A DNA stretch of 61,629 bases from positions 1 through 61,629 of the forward strand of contig CASHTH010001844.1 in the NCBI GenBank assembly GCA_030341885.1, written 5' to 3'. The position numbers and the translations under genes were made by a program. This document shows positions 52,745-61,629 of the stretch, one piece after another. Below the pieces are notes generated by a model. The model made no database searches. It saw only the letters and a list, made by a program, of their open reading frames with translations, and was not told where the DNA came from. This DNA is from Geodia barretti. Taxonomy: Eukaryota. How positions within the stretch are numbered: the stretch's first letter is position 1; each line of letters starts with the position of its first letter.

Positions 52745-53474
52745 GTAACTGAACCCCCCTTATGAATTTATAATCATACACAGTAGCAGAAAGCTAATAT
52801 ATGGTGTATGAAAATTAAATATTCGGCGTTCCAACCGGGTTACTAAAAAGTGATGTGGTATATAGTACAAGTGGGGTTAGCTAGCTCCATGCGGTTGAGG
52901 CTGGTGTGTATAGGGTGTGGTAAAAGTCATATAGATAGGTTTTTGAGGACCTCGTTTTTCACGGCTATGTCTGCCATCTCTTTAGGAGAGCTAAGGGTTT
53001 AGGTAGCGGGTTTATCAAAATGTGTTCTCCCGTTTGTTGAGACCACGAGTCATGTTTTGTGTTTACATACCTTGTGGTGTGCTCCAAATAGAAACACCGA
53101 CACATGCAGTAGGAACCAATTGCTAGTGGAGATGCTTGTGGCTTTAGTCACCCACCATATCCCGAGGCAACTAGTGTGTTGCTGTCGTAGGTAGAAAACG
53201 TCTCGATTGATTTGTACACCTGTATTTACCAGGCACAAATGCTTATTCCCACGCATGTGTATCTGTTGGTGATTGAAATTTGGGGGGAAAAATTTTCCCA
53301 CGTGTTGACGGTAGATCACCAATGACAAGTTTCTATAGTCGTCCTGCACAAGAATAGTCTTGCATCATTTGTATGGTAGACAACTTTCTATAAACCTCAC
53401 GAAATACAACATGTATCATAAGTCTCATCATACAAGTCTACCTAGAGGAGTGTTTGTGTGTCTGTTTCTTTCAG

Positions 53475-53659
53475 AGAAGTTGGCAGCTCGCATGGAGCTG
53501 GAGTTCAAGAGGCTCCAGAGGAGAAGACTGTTCATGGCCGACACTGACAGCTGCCCCTCCTCCGTTCCAAACAGTCCCGGGTCCTCGAGCGGTACCGGAA
53601 CGGGACAGGCCTCCTCCTCCTCCTCCAACAAAGATCAACCACTGTTCACTCTAAAACAG
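53475..53659 (+). CDS. AKIRIN: akirin exon 2
   Basis: tttcag| acceptor in phase. Translates [62 protein letters not shown], matching akirin KKEQPLFTLRQ. Donor CAG|gtatcg. Confidence 0.85.
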
Positions 53660-53986
53660 GTATCGTATCTACTGTAATATTGTATCTTCTAAAGGCTGGG
53701 GTATATAACATACCACTTTGTATGTAGGTATATATGCCTATAGGGATGGGGTTAACGGTGTGCATTCCATGCTCTTGTGTGCACTAGGCTCTACTTCTTC
53801 ACAACGGTCCAATAATGACATCATGTACGGTAGACTTAACAAATTCGATACAAAATGGTGCGGGATTATACCCTAGCCAAAGAGCATATAAATTCCTGTG
53901 TGCTAATTATACATGGAAAAAAACTTTATCTAAGGGGAATAAGGAAGAAGTATATATGTAGCTTATGTATTTTTGTATCTCCCCAG

Positions 53987-54074
53987 GTAACCATGGTGTG
54001 TCAGAGAATGCTGAAGGAGAGAGAGGAACAAGTCTGCCTGGAGTTTGGAAAGATCTTGGAGACAAAGCTTGCTG
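53987..54074 (+). CDS. AKIRIN: akirin exon 3
   Basis: ccccag| acceptor. Translates [29 protein letters not shown], matching akirin [29 protein letters not shown]. Donor G|gtatgt. Confidence 0.85.
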
Positions 54075-54356
54075 GTATGTACACGTATGCATAATCCACC
54101 TGTTGTGTGATGTGTCTCGCTGGTTTCGGGTACACTACAGTGTGATGTGTGCGTGTCATGAAAGCTGTGAATAGGTCACACATTCGTAGCTTCTTCTAGA
54201 AAAATCAGAGCTTTGAGCATCCTCTGAAAAATTTTTGCTCCCATCCACTAAATATTTTTACGTACAATATTTCTGTTAGATGTGGGAAATTTTTTACTGT
54301 TTTCTACATGTGGGCTTTCTTGGCCATTCTTGTATATATGTTCTGCCCTTCCACAG

Positions 54357-54428
54357 AGCAATACGACACGTTCGTCAAGTTCACTCATGATCAGGTGGAG
54401 AGAAGACTAGCTGAGTCGGCTTTCAGCT
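54357..54428 (+). CDS. AKIRIN: akirin exon 4
   Basis: ccacag| acceptor. Translates [24 protein letters not shown], matching akirin [24 protein letters not shown]. Donor T|gtgagc. Confidence 0.85.
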
Positions 54429-54934
54429 GTGAGCTCCTTTTCTCCTTCAATCCTTCCTTCCTCTCCCTCTTCACCCACCCACTTTTTCTTTCCCTTCCTC
54501 TGTGCATTTTCGAATTCCTAGTTGCCTAGCACGTTAGCGTGAGGCAACTACTCCGGGTTGTATTCTCGCGATATGCGTACGTACGTCGTCAATTAGTCAC
54601 GCTTAGGAATGTCAATTAGTCACCAAAAGGAAGTGTAACTTCCGTCATTCGTAGGAAATCTAGCTTCCGCCTTGCGCGGATTCGTAGGAAGCCTGGCTTC
54701 GCGCGCAGTCAGTAGAGCACGTGCACGAGCGGCCTCAATCGGACTGGCTAGGCTGCTGGCAGGCGCGAGGCAAAATATGTGCGTGCGCATTCCTAGTATA
54801 ATGTTACCTTAGCATTACACTTTTAAATTCTACATCCACATACCACCTACACATTATACTCCCCCTCCTTCCTCCTTCCCTGCTTTCCTCTTTCCCTTCC
54901 TGTCTGCATCCTCCCCTCCTCCACTCAACTGCAG

Positions 54935-54945
54935 ATGTGTCGTAA
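54935..54945 (+). CDS. AKIRIN: akirin terminal micro-exon (YVS-stop)
   Basis: The acceptor ctgcag|AT completes T+AT = Tyr, then Val, Ser, TAA. This restores the canonical akirin C-terminus ...SYVS*. Confidence 0.6.
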
Positions 54946-55084
54946 CCGTGCCAACCAACCGAGACCACACCCACTACAGGATTCCCTTGGACCTAATCAT
55001 CACTGCACTTTCCACTGTTTTGCATACTCTCTCACCATTTTATTGTAATATTCTATACTGTATCATATTATTATTACTGGGTGC

Positions 55085-55275
55085 TTATGCTGCTTGGTGC
55101 TTACGTTTCTCTTGATCAAACCTCGGGGGCAAGATAATCCGCTTCTGTGCGCGCATGCTCAATGGGGGTGTATTGTGCGCACGCTGGTGCTTACGTTTCT
55201 CTTGATCAAACCTCGGGGGCAAGATAATCCGCTTCTGTGCGCGCATGCTCAATGGGGGTGTATTGTGCGCACGCG
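55085..55275 (+). repeat. 94-bp tandem duplication
   Basis: gctggtgcttacgtttctcttgatcaaacctcgggggcaagataatccgcttctgtgcgcgcatgctcaatgggggtgtattgtgcgcacgc occurs twice, ~300 bp upstream of the GTPase-like ORF. Confidence 0.85.
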
Positions 55276-55571
55276 CAGGACATTTTGTCCGTATGTATAA
55301 ATACACATTGTGCGAGCGGTAGGCCAAAGTAAACTTACAAGACGGTGCAAAGAAGAGACTGCGCCTCGCTTTTGTGCCACGTACAGAGCTAAAAACCAGC
55401 AGGTTTGTATGTAGCTAAAGACGAAGCGCTACCGTTATCAAGCAGTGCGCTTTTCACGTGCCGCGCTTAGCATGAAACAGCAGTTCTCTGTATATTATTA
55501 TGCCTAAATTCCACAGGCCGCAGCCCCAGCGCTGACTATATAACTCACACGCAGAGCCACACGACGGGGTC

Positions 55572-56552
55572 ATGGCGACGGAGGTAATGGTTTGCGTTGT
55601 GGGACCGAGCCGCGGGCAAGGTCACCTCTTCAAGAGCGGCGAGGGCGCCGGCAAGAGCTGTCTCTGCTACCGCTTCATTCACCCAGGCTTTGACGACTTC
55701 ATAACGGAACACCCGTCCATCATCGCCTCTCACGAGTTCCAGAGCACCGCCGTCAACAACGTCCACTTTCTTTACTGGGGCCGCAGTCGCCAGAACCTGC
55801 CCGGCCGACTCGGGAGGGGAGAACGCACCGTAGACATTCACGTCGTGGAGAACACCGTCCTCTACGAAGACGTCACGTCCAAGCCCTTCCGCAGTGGCGG
55901 TAGCAAGGCCGACAATCTGGACACCTACATGAAGCGAGCCCTCGGAAAGTTGGAATCGCCGGGAAAGATATCGTACTGGACGCGTGACGGAATCTCGCTG
56001 CCCGACACCTACAAGGCGCAGCGATACCCCACTAACGCCGGGAAGATGCGTCGCGGCTTCGCAGTAGTTGTAGACGTCAGCATGGACGGAATGGAGTTCG
56101 ACGCTCAACTGCAGCGAACCAAAACCGTCTGCAAAACGCTAAAGAAAGCTGACGCCACGTATGTGCTGGTACTCACCAAGATGGAGAGCGTGGTGCAGGA
56201 ATCAGTAGACAAGTTCCACCAGCTGAAGAAAAAGGAAAAAATCGGCGCAGATGTAATCACTACTTCCTCCATGTGCAACTACAACATCGCTACAACGTTT
56301 CGTATCATCGCCGAAAAAATTCTCAAGACAGTGTACGTCAATATACCCACGTTCGAGCAGGCTGCAGAGAACGAGGCTCGCTGCAAAGACAAGCGCCCAA
56401 ACGGCTCTTCAGTACTTTCACCACGAAATGGGTCCAGACATCCTCGGAGCGAATCGAGGGAAATCGAGCTAACAGAGCAGTACCGAGCTTGCAAGAGTGC
56501 AGTCGGCAATACGAGACTGACAGGATCTTTGCGTTCAAGTTGCTCGAGGTGA
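55572..56552 (+). CDS. divergent Ras-superfamily-like (pseudo)GTPase ORF, function unknown
   Basis: 326-aa ORF MATEVMVCVVGPSRGQGHLFKSGEGAGKSCLCYRFI.... It has a P-loop-like GxxxxGKS with an insertion, a G4-like VLVLTKME (cf. LVGNKCDL) and a G5-like TTSSM (cf. ETSAK). No clean DxxG motif is seen. The 3' end is uncertain. Confidence 0.35.
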   Translation: MATEVMVCVVGPSRGQGHLFKSGEGAGKSCLCYRFIHPGFDDFITEHPSIIASHEFQSTAVNNVHFLYWGRSRQNLPGRLGRGERTVDIHVVENTVLYEDVTSKPFRSGGSKADNLDTYMKRALGKLESPGKISYWTRDGISLPDTYKAQRYPTNAGKMRRGFAVVVDVSMDGMEFDAQLQRTKTVCKTLKKADATYVLVLTKMESVVQESVDKFHQLKKKEKIGADVITTSSMCNYNIATTFRIIAEKILKTVYVNIPTFEQAAENEARCKDKRPNGSSVLSPRNGSRHPRSESREIELTEQYRACKSAVGNTRLTGSLRSSCSR

Positions 56553-56565
56553 AGAAACTCTGAGA

Positions 56566-56667
56566 TGCTGGTTGGAGTCAACGAAGACCCGGACAGAAGG
56601 CGAGAGTATCTGGAGGACTTCATCCAGATGCACCCTGACCTGATGCTTACCAGTCTCAGCTGTGAGG
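56566..56667 (+). CDS. candidate additional exon (open frame ending at a GTAAGA donor)
   Basis: ATGCTGGTTGGAGTC... translates MLVGVNEDPDRRREYLEDFIQMHPDLMLTSLSCE, then |gtaaga. Its link to the upstream ORF is unresolved. Confidence 0.25.
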
Positions 56668-59539
56668 TAAGAAAATAGTACAAGCCCACAGTGAGAGGCA
56701 GCATGGAGTATTATACCCACATATTATTATCTGGCTTCTCTTTGTCAATGATGGAGGGGGGATTAACACTTAACCAGCCACAACACATAAATTCTTCCAG
56801 GGCCTCCATAGGAATTTATATGGGCGGCGCTAATACTTTATTATGTTTATTAAGAAGATACCCATGGCGTCCAAAGGGTTTAAAAACACTGGAGGTTAAG
56901 AGTGGGCAACTAGAGGTCCAAGAATCCACTAAGGGGGTGCTGTTTCATGCTGGCTGTTGACATAGTCTATGTGGTTGACATGACAACTATCTCTGGACAG
57001 GTATAAAAACTGCATGGATAAGGTCGAATAGAAGTGCACTCCAAAGCCCTGCATAGTGAAAGAGACAGTCACCATCCAGTTTCAACCGAGATAGATGCAT
57101 GTTTTGTTGGGTTTTCCTTGGAGATTTGCTTGGCTTTGGTATAAAACTAAACAGTCACCACTGACAAACACGTACATACATACTTGCTTGTAGTATAGAG
57201 TTTGTATGTAAAATCAGCGCTCAGCTGCAATGATAGTTTTAAGCAAGTTTCTGTTTTTGCAAGGAAGGGGAACTTGCACTTTCATGTTTTTCTCAATTCC
57301 TTACCAACATTCCTATTTGCCACTAGCCTATATAGTGTAGATTATGGCGTGTAGATCATGGCTGTAGATCATAACTAGCCCACCCAACTGGAAAAACAGT
57401 TAGAAAAGATTTTCTGCAAGATTAGACGAGACATTACTAAATTATTTCTGCTCACCTTGTGTTAAATTTCTACCCTCCGTATCCAGAAATGTTAGCGTGC
57501 GCAATGTCATGATCAGCAAAAAGTGTGCTTGTACCTTTACCCAAGCGAGCATTAGCAGGGGTTAAAAGAATTTCACACAGCATTCTTATGACACCAACAG
57601 TCATAGGCAGGCTTCTAATTTGCTTATAAGCTCTCTGTGTTAACCTCATAAGTTGGCACCGAAGTGGGCATCATGAAGCAGTTCTTCAACCTAAATGTAT
57701 ATTATAGTGAGGCCAAAACTTGCCCAATGATGAAAATATTCCTCCATAGCTTGGCCATGACTAAGAACCCCCAATTCCACATCTACTGTACATAGGTAAT
57801 GTAAACCTTACATCCTCTAAAGTTGAAAATACTACGCAGTGTTTGTATACCTGCGGGAAGGGACAACTAGCTAGTACAAAGTAAGGGGCACACTTAGTGG
57901 ATCAGCCATCCTTGGGAAGTGGTGTCCGCTATGAAAACATTTCGGAGTGGAGCTAGCCATGAATACTTAGGGCTTCTCTGTATGTAGCCAGTGGGTCATT
58001 ATTGTTTGCCCATGCTCTGGTGCAGTGGGGAGCAGTGAAGTAGTTCTGCAGGGGCTGGCCCACGACACATTTCGTGGCCTGCCTATAGTCGCTGAACACA
58101 AGCACAAGAAATGGAGATATTGCTGTTGGCCTGGTTAGGCACCTGTGCCCTATGTTCCCTGCTTGCTAGAGTTGGTCTATAGATAACACAAGCACACACC
58201 AGTATACTTACACGTTTTGTACACTCCTCAGCACTTAAGGTCTAATAATGTACATAATTATGCTGATAATCCACTTCAATCAATTAGTTTTAAGTGTGCT
58301 GTGCTCAAGCATACCCATTGTGAAAGTATTTGGTCATGGTTCAGTACTATTCCAATGAATTGTTGCGTTAGGGGCCGACCTCTCTTAATTATGGCAAAGT
58401 CCATTCTTAATGCTATGCTTGGGGACACTACTGCCCTCAGATTCCTGTAGTCCCTGAAGCTGAGTACTACTCCCGTATTATGTAGAGTGTAGGTATAACT
58501 GTGTGTAGTACCAAAGGTTATTTTTGCGCACTGTGTGAGTGTTTGTTCGAAGATAAACAACACCGTATTTGTCATTATTTTGACTAGTGATGTAGCTACA
58601 CTCTGGACATAGAGTTAGCCAGGTAAGGAAGGCATACCTCTGTGTTCTGGTGTCACTGTGTTGGTTGTGTTGGAAACATACGTGGATTGAGTCCATTCTG
58701 TAGTTTACTGACCCTCAAAAGATACGTTGGATGAAACATGCACTGCATGTGGTGGAAATGGCACTTTTTAAGCCGTCCACAGTCGTGGTATCAATCCATG
58801 CAATCTAGAGGTGAAAGAAGGAAAGTGTGAGTTGGGACTGCAGGTGGTTGGGTGCTGATGTGCAAGTATCCTGTTTGTCTGCTAGAGTGTAGTGGATAAA
58901 CAGGCTGGATTGGGATAGTGAATAATAGCAAGGCTACTGTAGGCACAATACTGAGTTTCAATATCATTCTATGTGCCACCAATGCGTGCACTTACGATGA
59001 GCAGAGTGTGGTATTAAGCACCATACAAGGAAATTCATGGTGCACTTTCGCGATTCCGCTGCCCAACTGCACAAATGTGCTGTTTTCAGCTACGAATGTG
59101 CTGTGCTGTGAATTGGACGCCAGTTGAACGTTTGTGTACAACATAGCTGCCCCATTATATACAAATTTTAATTGGCAAATATTTGTTTCGCCCCCCGTAA
59201 TTCCACCAGAATATGCCTGCATGGTTTGGCCACACCAGCAGTTCAGTCATGAGGGTATTATGAATACGCTCCCCGAGAGATTGTTTACTGCTAACTAGAG
59301 CAGGAGTTTTACAACAGCCACAGCTTTACGTCTCCCTTACCGAGATCACGTAATATGAGCACTGAAGTGCAAACCTTCAGCACTAGTAACAAGTAACGGA
59401 TGCATTCGCACACAAGAACGAAGCCCAGAAAGTTCTACGCATACTTATAAAGTATTATGGTAAGAAAAGTGCCCTTTCCAAAACTATTTATGAATAGGTG
59501 AACTCACTTCTCTTTCTTACCCTTTAATGTCTACATACA

Positions 59540-59700
59540 CGTGTATTGTACTGTTGCATTGTACTGTTGCGTGTATTGCATTGTACTGGTGTATTGTACT
59601 GGTGTATTGTACTGTTGCGTGTATTGCACTGGTGTATTGTACTGTGTATTGTACTGGTGTATTGTACTGTTGCTGAATACGAGTCTATGTTTCTCCTCTT
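59540..59700. repeat. ~10-bp microsatellite (gtattgtact g/t)n
   Basis: tgtattgtactgttgcattgtactgttgcgtgtattgcattgtactggtgtattgtactgg... Confidence 0.85.
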
Positions 59701-59959
59701 TGTCGTGTTGTCTGTTTACAGAATGAGAATATAGTGTTGGGAGACATTGAGATCTCTCCGTTTCCATTGATTGTTTACGAAACAGTGCAGGATAATTGGC
59801 GTTCTGGGAACGCCAGATTTACAAAACCGCCAGACCCTTTATTTTCAGTTCTTCAATGGCGCAATGTGCTCTGTGGTACAAGGAAATATATGGTAGACTT
59901 TCTTGAGTCATGCGTTCTGACCATCGCTCAGGGTTCCCTGGGTCATGTCTCAACAACTT

Positions 59960-60125
59960 GGTAGTGACGTAGAAAAGCAAGGCAAGGCAAACAAGTCAAC
60001 TACACCCAGGACAGCTCTTTGAAAAGAAGAAGAGCTGCCCTGGATTGGGATTCGAACCCACGGCACTCTGCAGTCTAGGCGAGCGCTCTACCAACTAAGC
60101 TACCAGGGCAACTCAGATGGTAGGG
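59960..60125 (-). mobile_element. tRNA-derived SINE, full-length copy
   Basis: The minus strand has a tRNA-like head gccctggtagcttagttggtagagcgctcgcctagactgcagagtgccgtgggttcgaatcccaatccagggca. The 7-bp acceptor pairing, D-arm GCTTAGTTGGTAGAGC and T-loop GGTTCGAATCC are intact, but the anticodon arm is imperfect. The body gctcttcttcttttcaaagagctgtcctgggtgtagttgacttgtttgccttgcc follows. Confidence 0.6.
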
Positions 60126-60269
60126 GTTCGAACACAACACAAGTCAAACTACAATGTAATTTCCGGGAGCATAATGTGTGTGGAACTACACAAGATAAAG
60201 AACAATTACATACGTGACTTTGAATTGTACAACGTTACTATTGGTTGCAGCATTGTGATGCGTGAGTGA

Positions 60270-60590
60270 ACGACAAAGGGTTCTTTATAAACTTGTTGTT
60301 GCACCTGTTTTGTATGTGTACGGTGCATGGGGTAGTGACTAATTGACATTCTTAAGCGTGACCGACACGTACGTACTTATGCATATCGAATCTCTTAGCT
60401 TCAACAGTGATCTAAAAAATCAAACTTCACACACCCACTTCACAGCGTTACTTTCTTGTGGTTGATTATGGTAAAAAAAATCTTTGGGGCAAAGTATACT
60501 CACCATGTGATATCGACTACAAAGGGCCCTTTATAAACTTGTTGTTGCACCTGTTTTGTATGTGTACGGTGCATGGGGTAGTGAAACATA
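60270..60590. repeat. ~58-bp direct repeat pair, 250 bp apart
   Basis: ctttataaacttgttgttgcacctgttttgtatgtgtacggtgcatggggtagtga occurs identically at ~60277 and ~60528. Confidence 0.8.
60400..60540. repeat. dispersed ~130-bp repeat (second copy at 61440-61580)
   Basis: cttagcttcaa(t)cagtgatctaaaaaa.caa(c)cttc.acaca.cccacttcacagcgttactttct...atcgactacaaa is shared between the two sites. Confidence 0.7.
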
Positions 60591-60949
60591 AGCAATTGAG
60601 GTTGATACCCGTACTGTGACATGCATCATATATACGTCTACCTCAGGAGAGCTTTAGACAAATACGACAACCTCAATGTGTTATGTTTAGCCCTGTCTGC
60701 TGAGCTTCCCTGCTGTAGAAACAGCACTTTACCTGTAACAGTGATGTTGGTTTAAATCCTACCCAAGGGAGTGTGTTCTTCTCTTAAAAAAACGGTCCCT
60801 TTTAGTGCTAGAAGGGGAAAGGGGGGTCCCCTGTTATTGGTGCAGTTATTTGCCAGAGAATTTGTGTAGAGTGAAGCCACTGAAAAAGGACCCTCCGAAT
60901 AAAGGACACCTATGTCCTCAATGTGTCCCTTATTCATAGATGTACACTC

Positions 60950-61070
60950 TCCCCCCTCTCTCTCTCTCCCCCCTCTCTCTCTCTCCCCCCTCTCTCTTCC
61001 CCCCTCTCTCTCTCCCCCCTCTCTCTCTCTCCCCCCTCTCTCTCTCTCTCCTCTCTCTCAGGAAAGTCGA
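60950..61070. repeat. (CT)n-rich compound microsatellite
   Basis: cccctctctctctctcccccctctctc reiterated. Confidence 0.9.
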
Positions 61071-61629
61071 AGAACACGTAGCAGACAGCTTGTTGGAGCA
61101 GCCAGCTAAAGATACCCCAGTCTCAGAGAACTGTGAGTGAGCCAGGGGGAAAGGAGGAATGCGTTTACACACAGTCTATCTAATAGTCCTTGTTATCACC
61201 AAACTGTGCTTGTGGATAAAGGTAGTGTATACCCTGTTAAAATACCAGGTGTAAATACAAGGCAATGAACAAGTAAGGAAACCCTGGACAACACCTGTTT
61301 CAGAAGGTGCTCTAGCGTAGGACTCTCATGGCAGAGTGCTCCACCCACTATCAGAAACAATACATGCCGTTTGACTGTATATAGTACATGTTTCAGCTGG
61401 GACAGGGACCACACCCTCTCCCCTGCCTTTCCCCGACAAATTTCTTAGCTTCAATCAGTGATCTAAAAAACTCAACTTCTACACAACCCACTTCACAGCG
61501 TTACTTTCTATGTGGGTTGTATATAGTAATCTTTGGTGTAAAGTAGACTCCATGTGCTATCGACTACAAAAGTGTGTCTTCCCTCCCTACAGCCTCGCGA
61601 TGGAAAGAAAATTGCCTCCCTGGAAGGGC

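Noticed and set aside
54540-54620. Inverted copies of a ~55-bp sequence (cgatatgcgtacgtacg..gtcaattagtcac) at 54565 and 60336, suggestive of transposon terminal inverted repeats
   Set aside because: They are 5.8 kb apart and enclose unrelated host genes (akirin 3' end, GTPase-like ORF). There are no target-site duplications or transposase ORF between them. More likely two members of a short dispersed repeat or MITE family.
60041-60116. Possible genuine tRNA gene (intact acceptor stem, D-arm and T-loop)
   Set aside because: The anticodon stem does not pair. The element is followed by a hairpin and a conserved body also found at 18690-18800 and 36590-36680. So it is the head of a SINE family, not an independent tRNA gene. 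tRNAscan-SE would settle it.

Overview
This window reads as metazoan nuclear DNA, not a prokaryotic or organellar locus. Most genes are split by GT-AG introns. The window is full of micro- and minisatellites and carries a tRNA-derived SINE family. The predicted proteins have animal-specific domains: akirin, TRIM RING/B-box, ALK-type glycine-rich domain, death domain, IRS-type PTB, SH3 and WH2. The six-frame ORF track uses alternative start codons, so it over-calls: many long listed ORFs are repeat or GC-content artefacts, or lie antisense to real genes. Exon coordinates below are hand-derived and approximate (about +/-3 nt).

Gene content, left to right:
- (+) 1061-11801: a multi-exon VIT + von Willebrand A gene (VWA5A-like). 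The 5' end lies outside the window. Its last exon (10982-11801) encodes a divergent 14-3-3-like domain joined in frame.
- (-) 6844-8109: a two-exon secreted cysteine-rich gene nested antisense in intron 10 of the VWA gene.
- (+) 11996-13556: a three-exon gene whose N-terminus is the first ~85 residues of actin, followed by unrelated sequence.
- 14149-16270: a 2.1-kb 57/63-bp minisatellite.
- (+) 16405-18943: a proline-rich WH2 / connector / acidic (VCA-like) gene.
- (+) ~19390-21499: an R-SNARE-motif gene.
- (+) 21952-26590: a large gene encoding SH3, IRS-type PTB, a Roc/COR-like GTPase and a death domain.
- (+) 26712-29162 and (-) 29761-32262: two intronless ATP-phosphofructokinase genes, tail to tail, sharing a ~135-bp near-identical tract that looks like gene conversion.
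- (-) 33604-38697 and (-) 39628-48451: two tandem paralogous genes with the domain order TRIM RING-B-box-coiled-coil, then FN3, then TNF-like, then ALK/LTK-type glycine-rich domain. One is compact (2 coding exons). The other is spread over about 9 kb in at least 9 exons.
- (+) 48781-50351: an unidentified conserved multi-exon gene.
- (+) 52495-54945: an akirin gene with an 11-nt terminal micro-exon.
- (+) 55572-56552: a divergent Ras-like (pseudo)GTPase ORF.

The most interesting candidate is the tandem pair of TRIM-E3-like genes carrying an ALK-type ligand-binding module.
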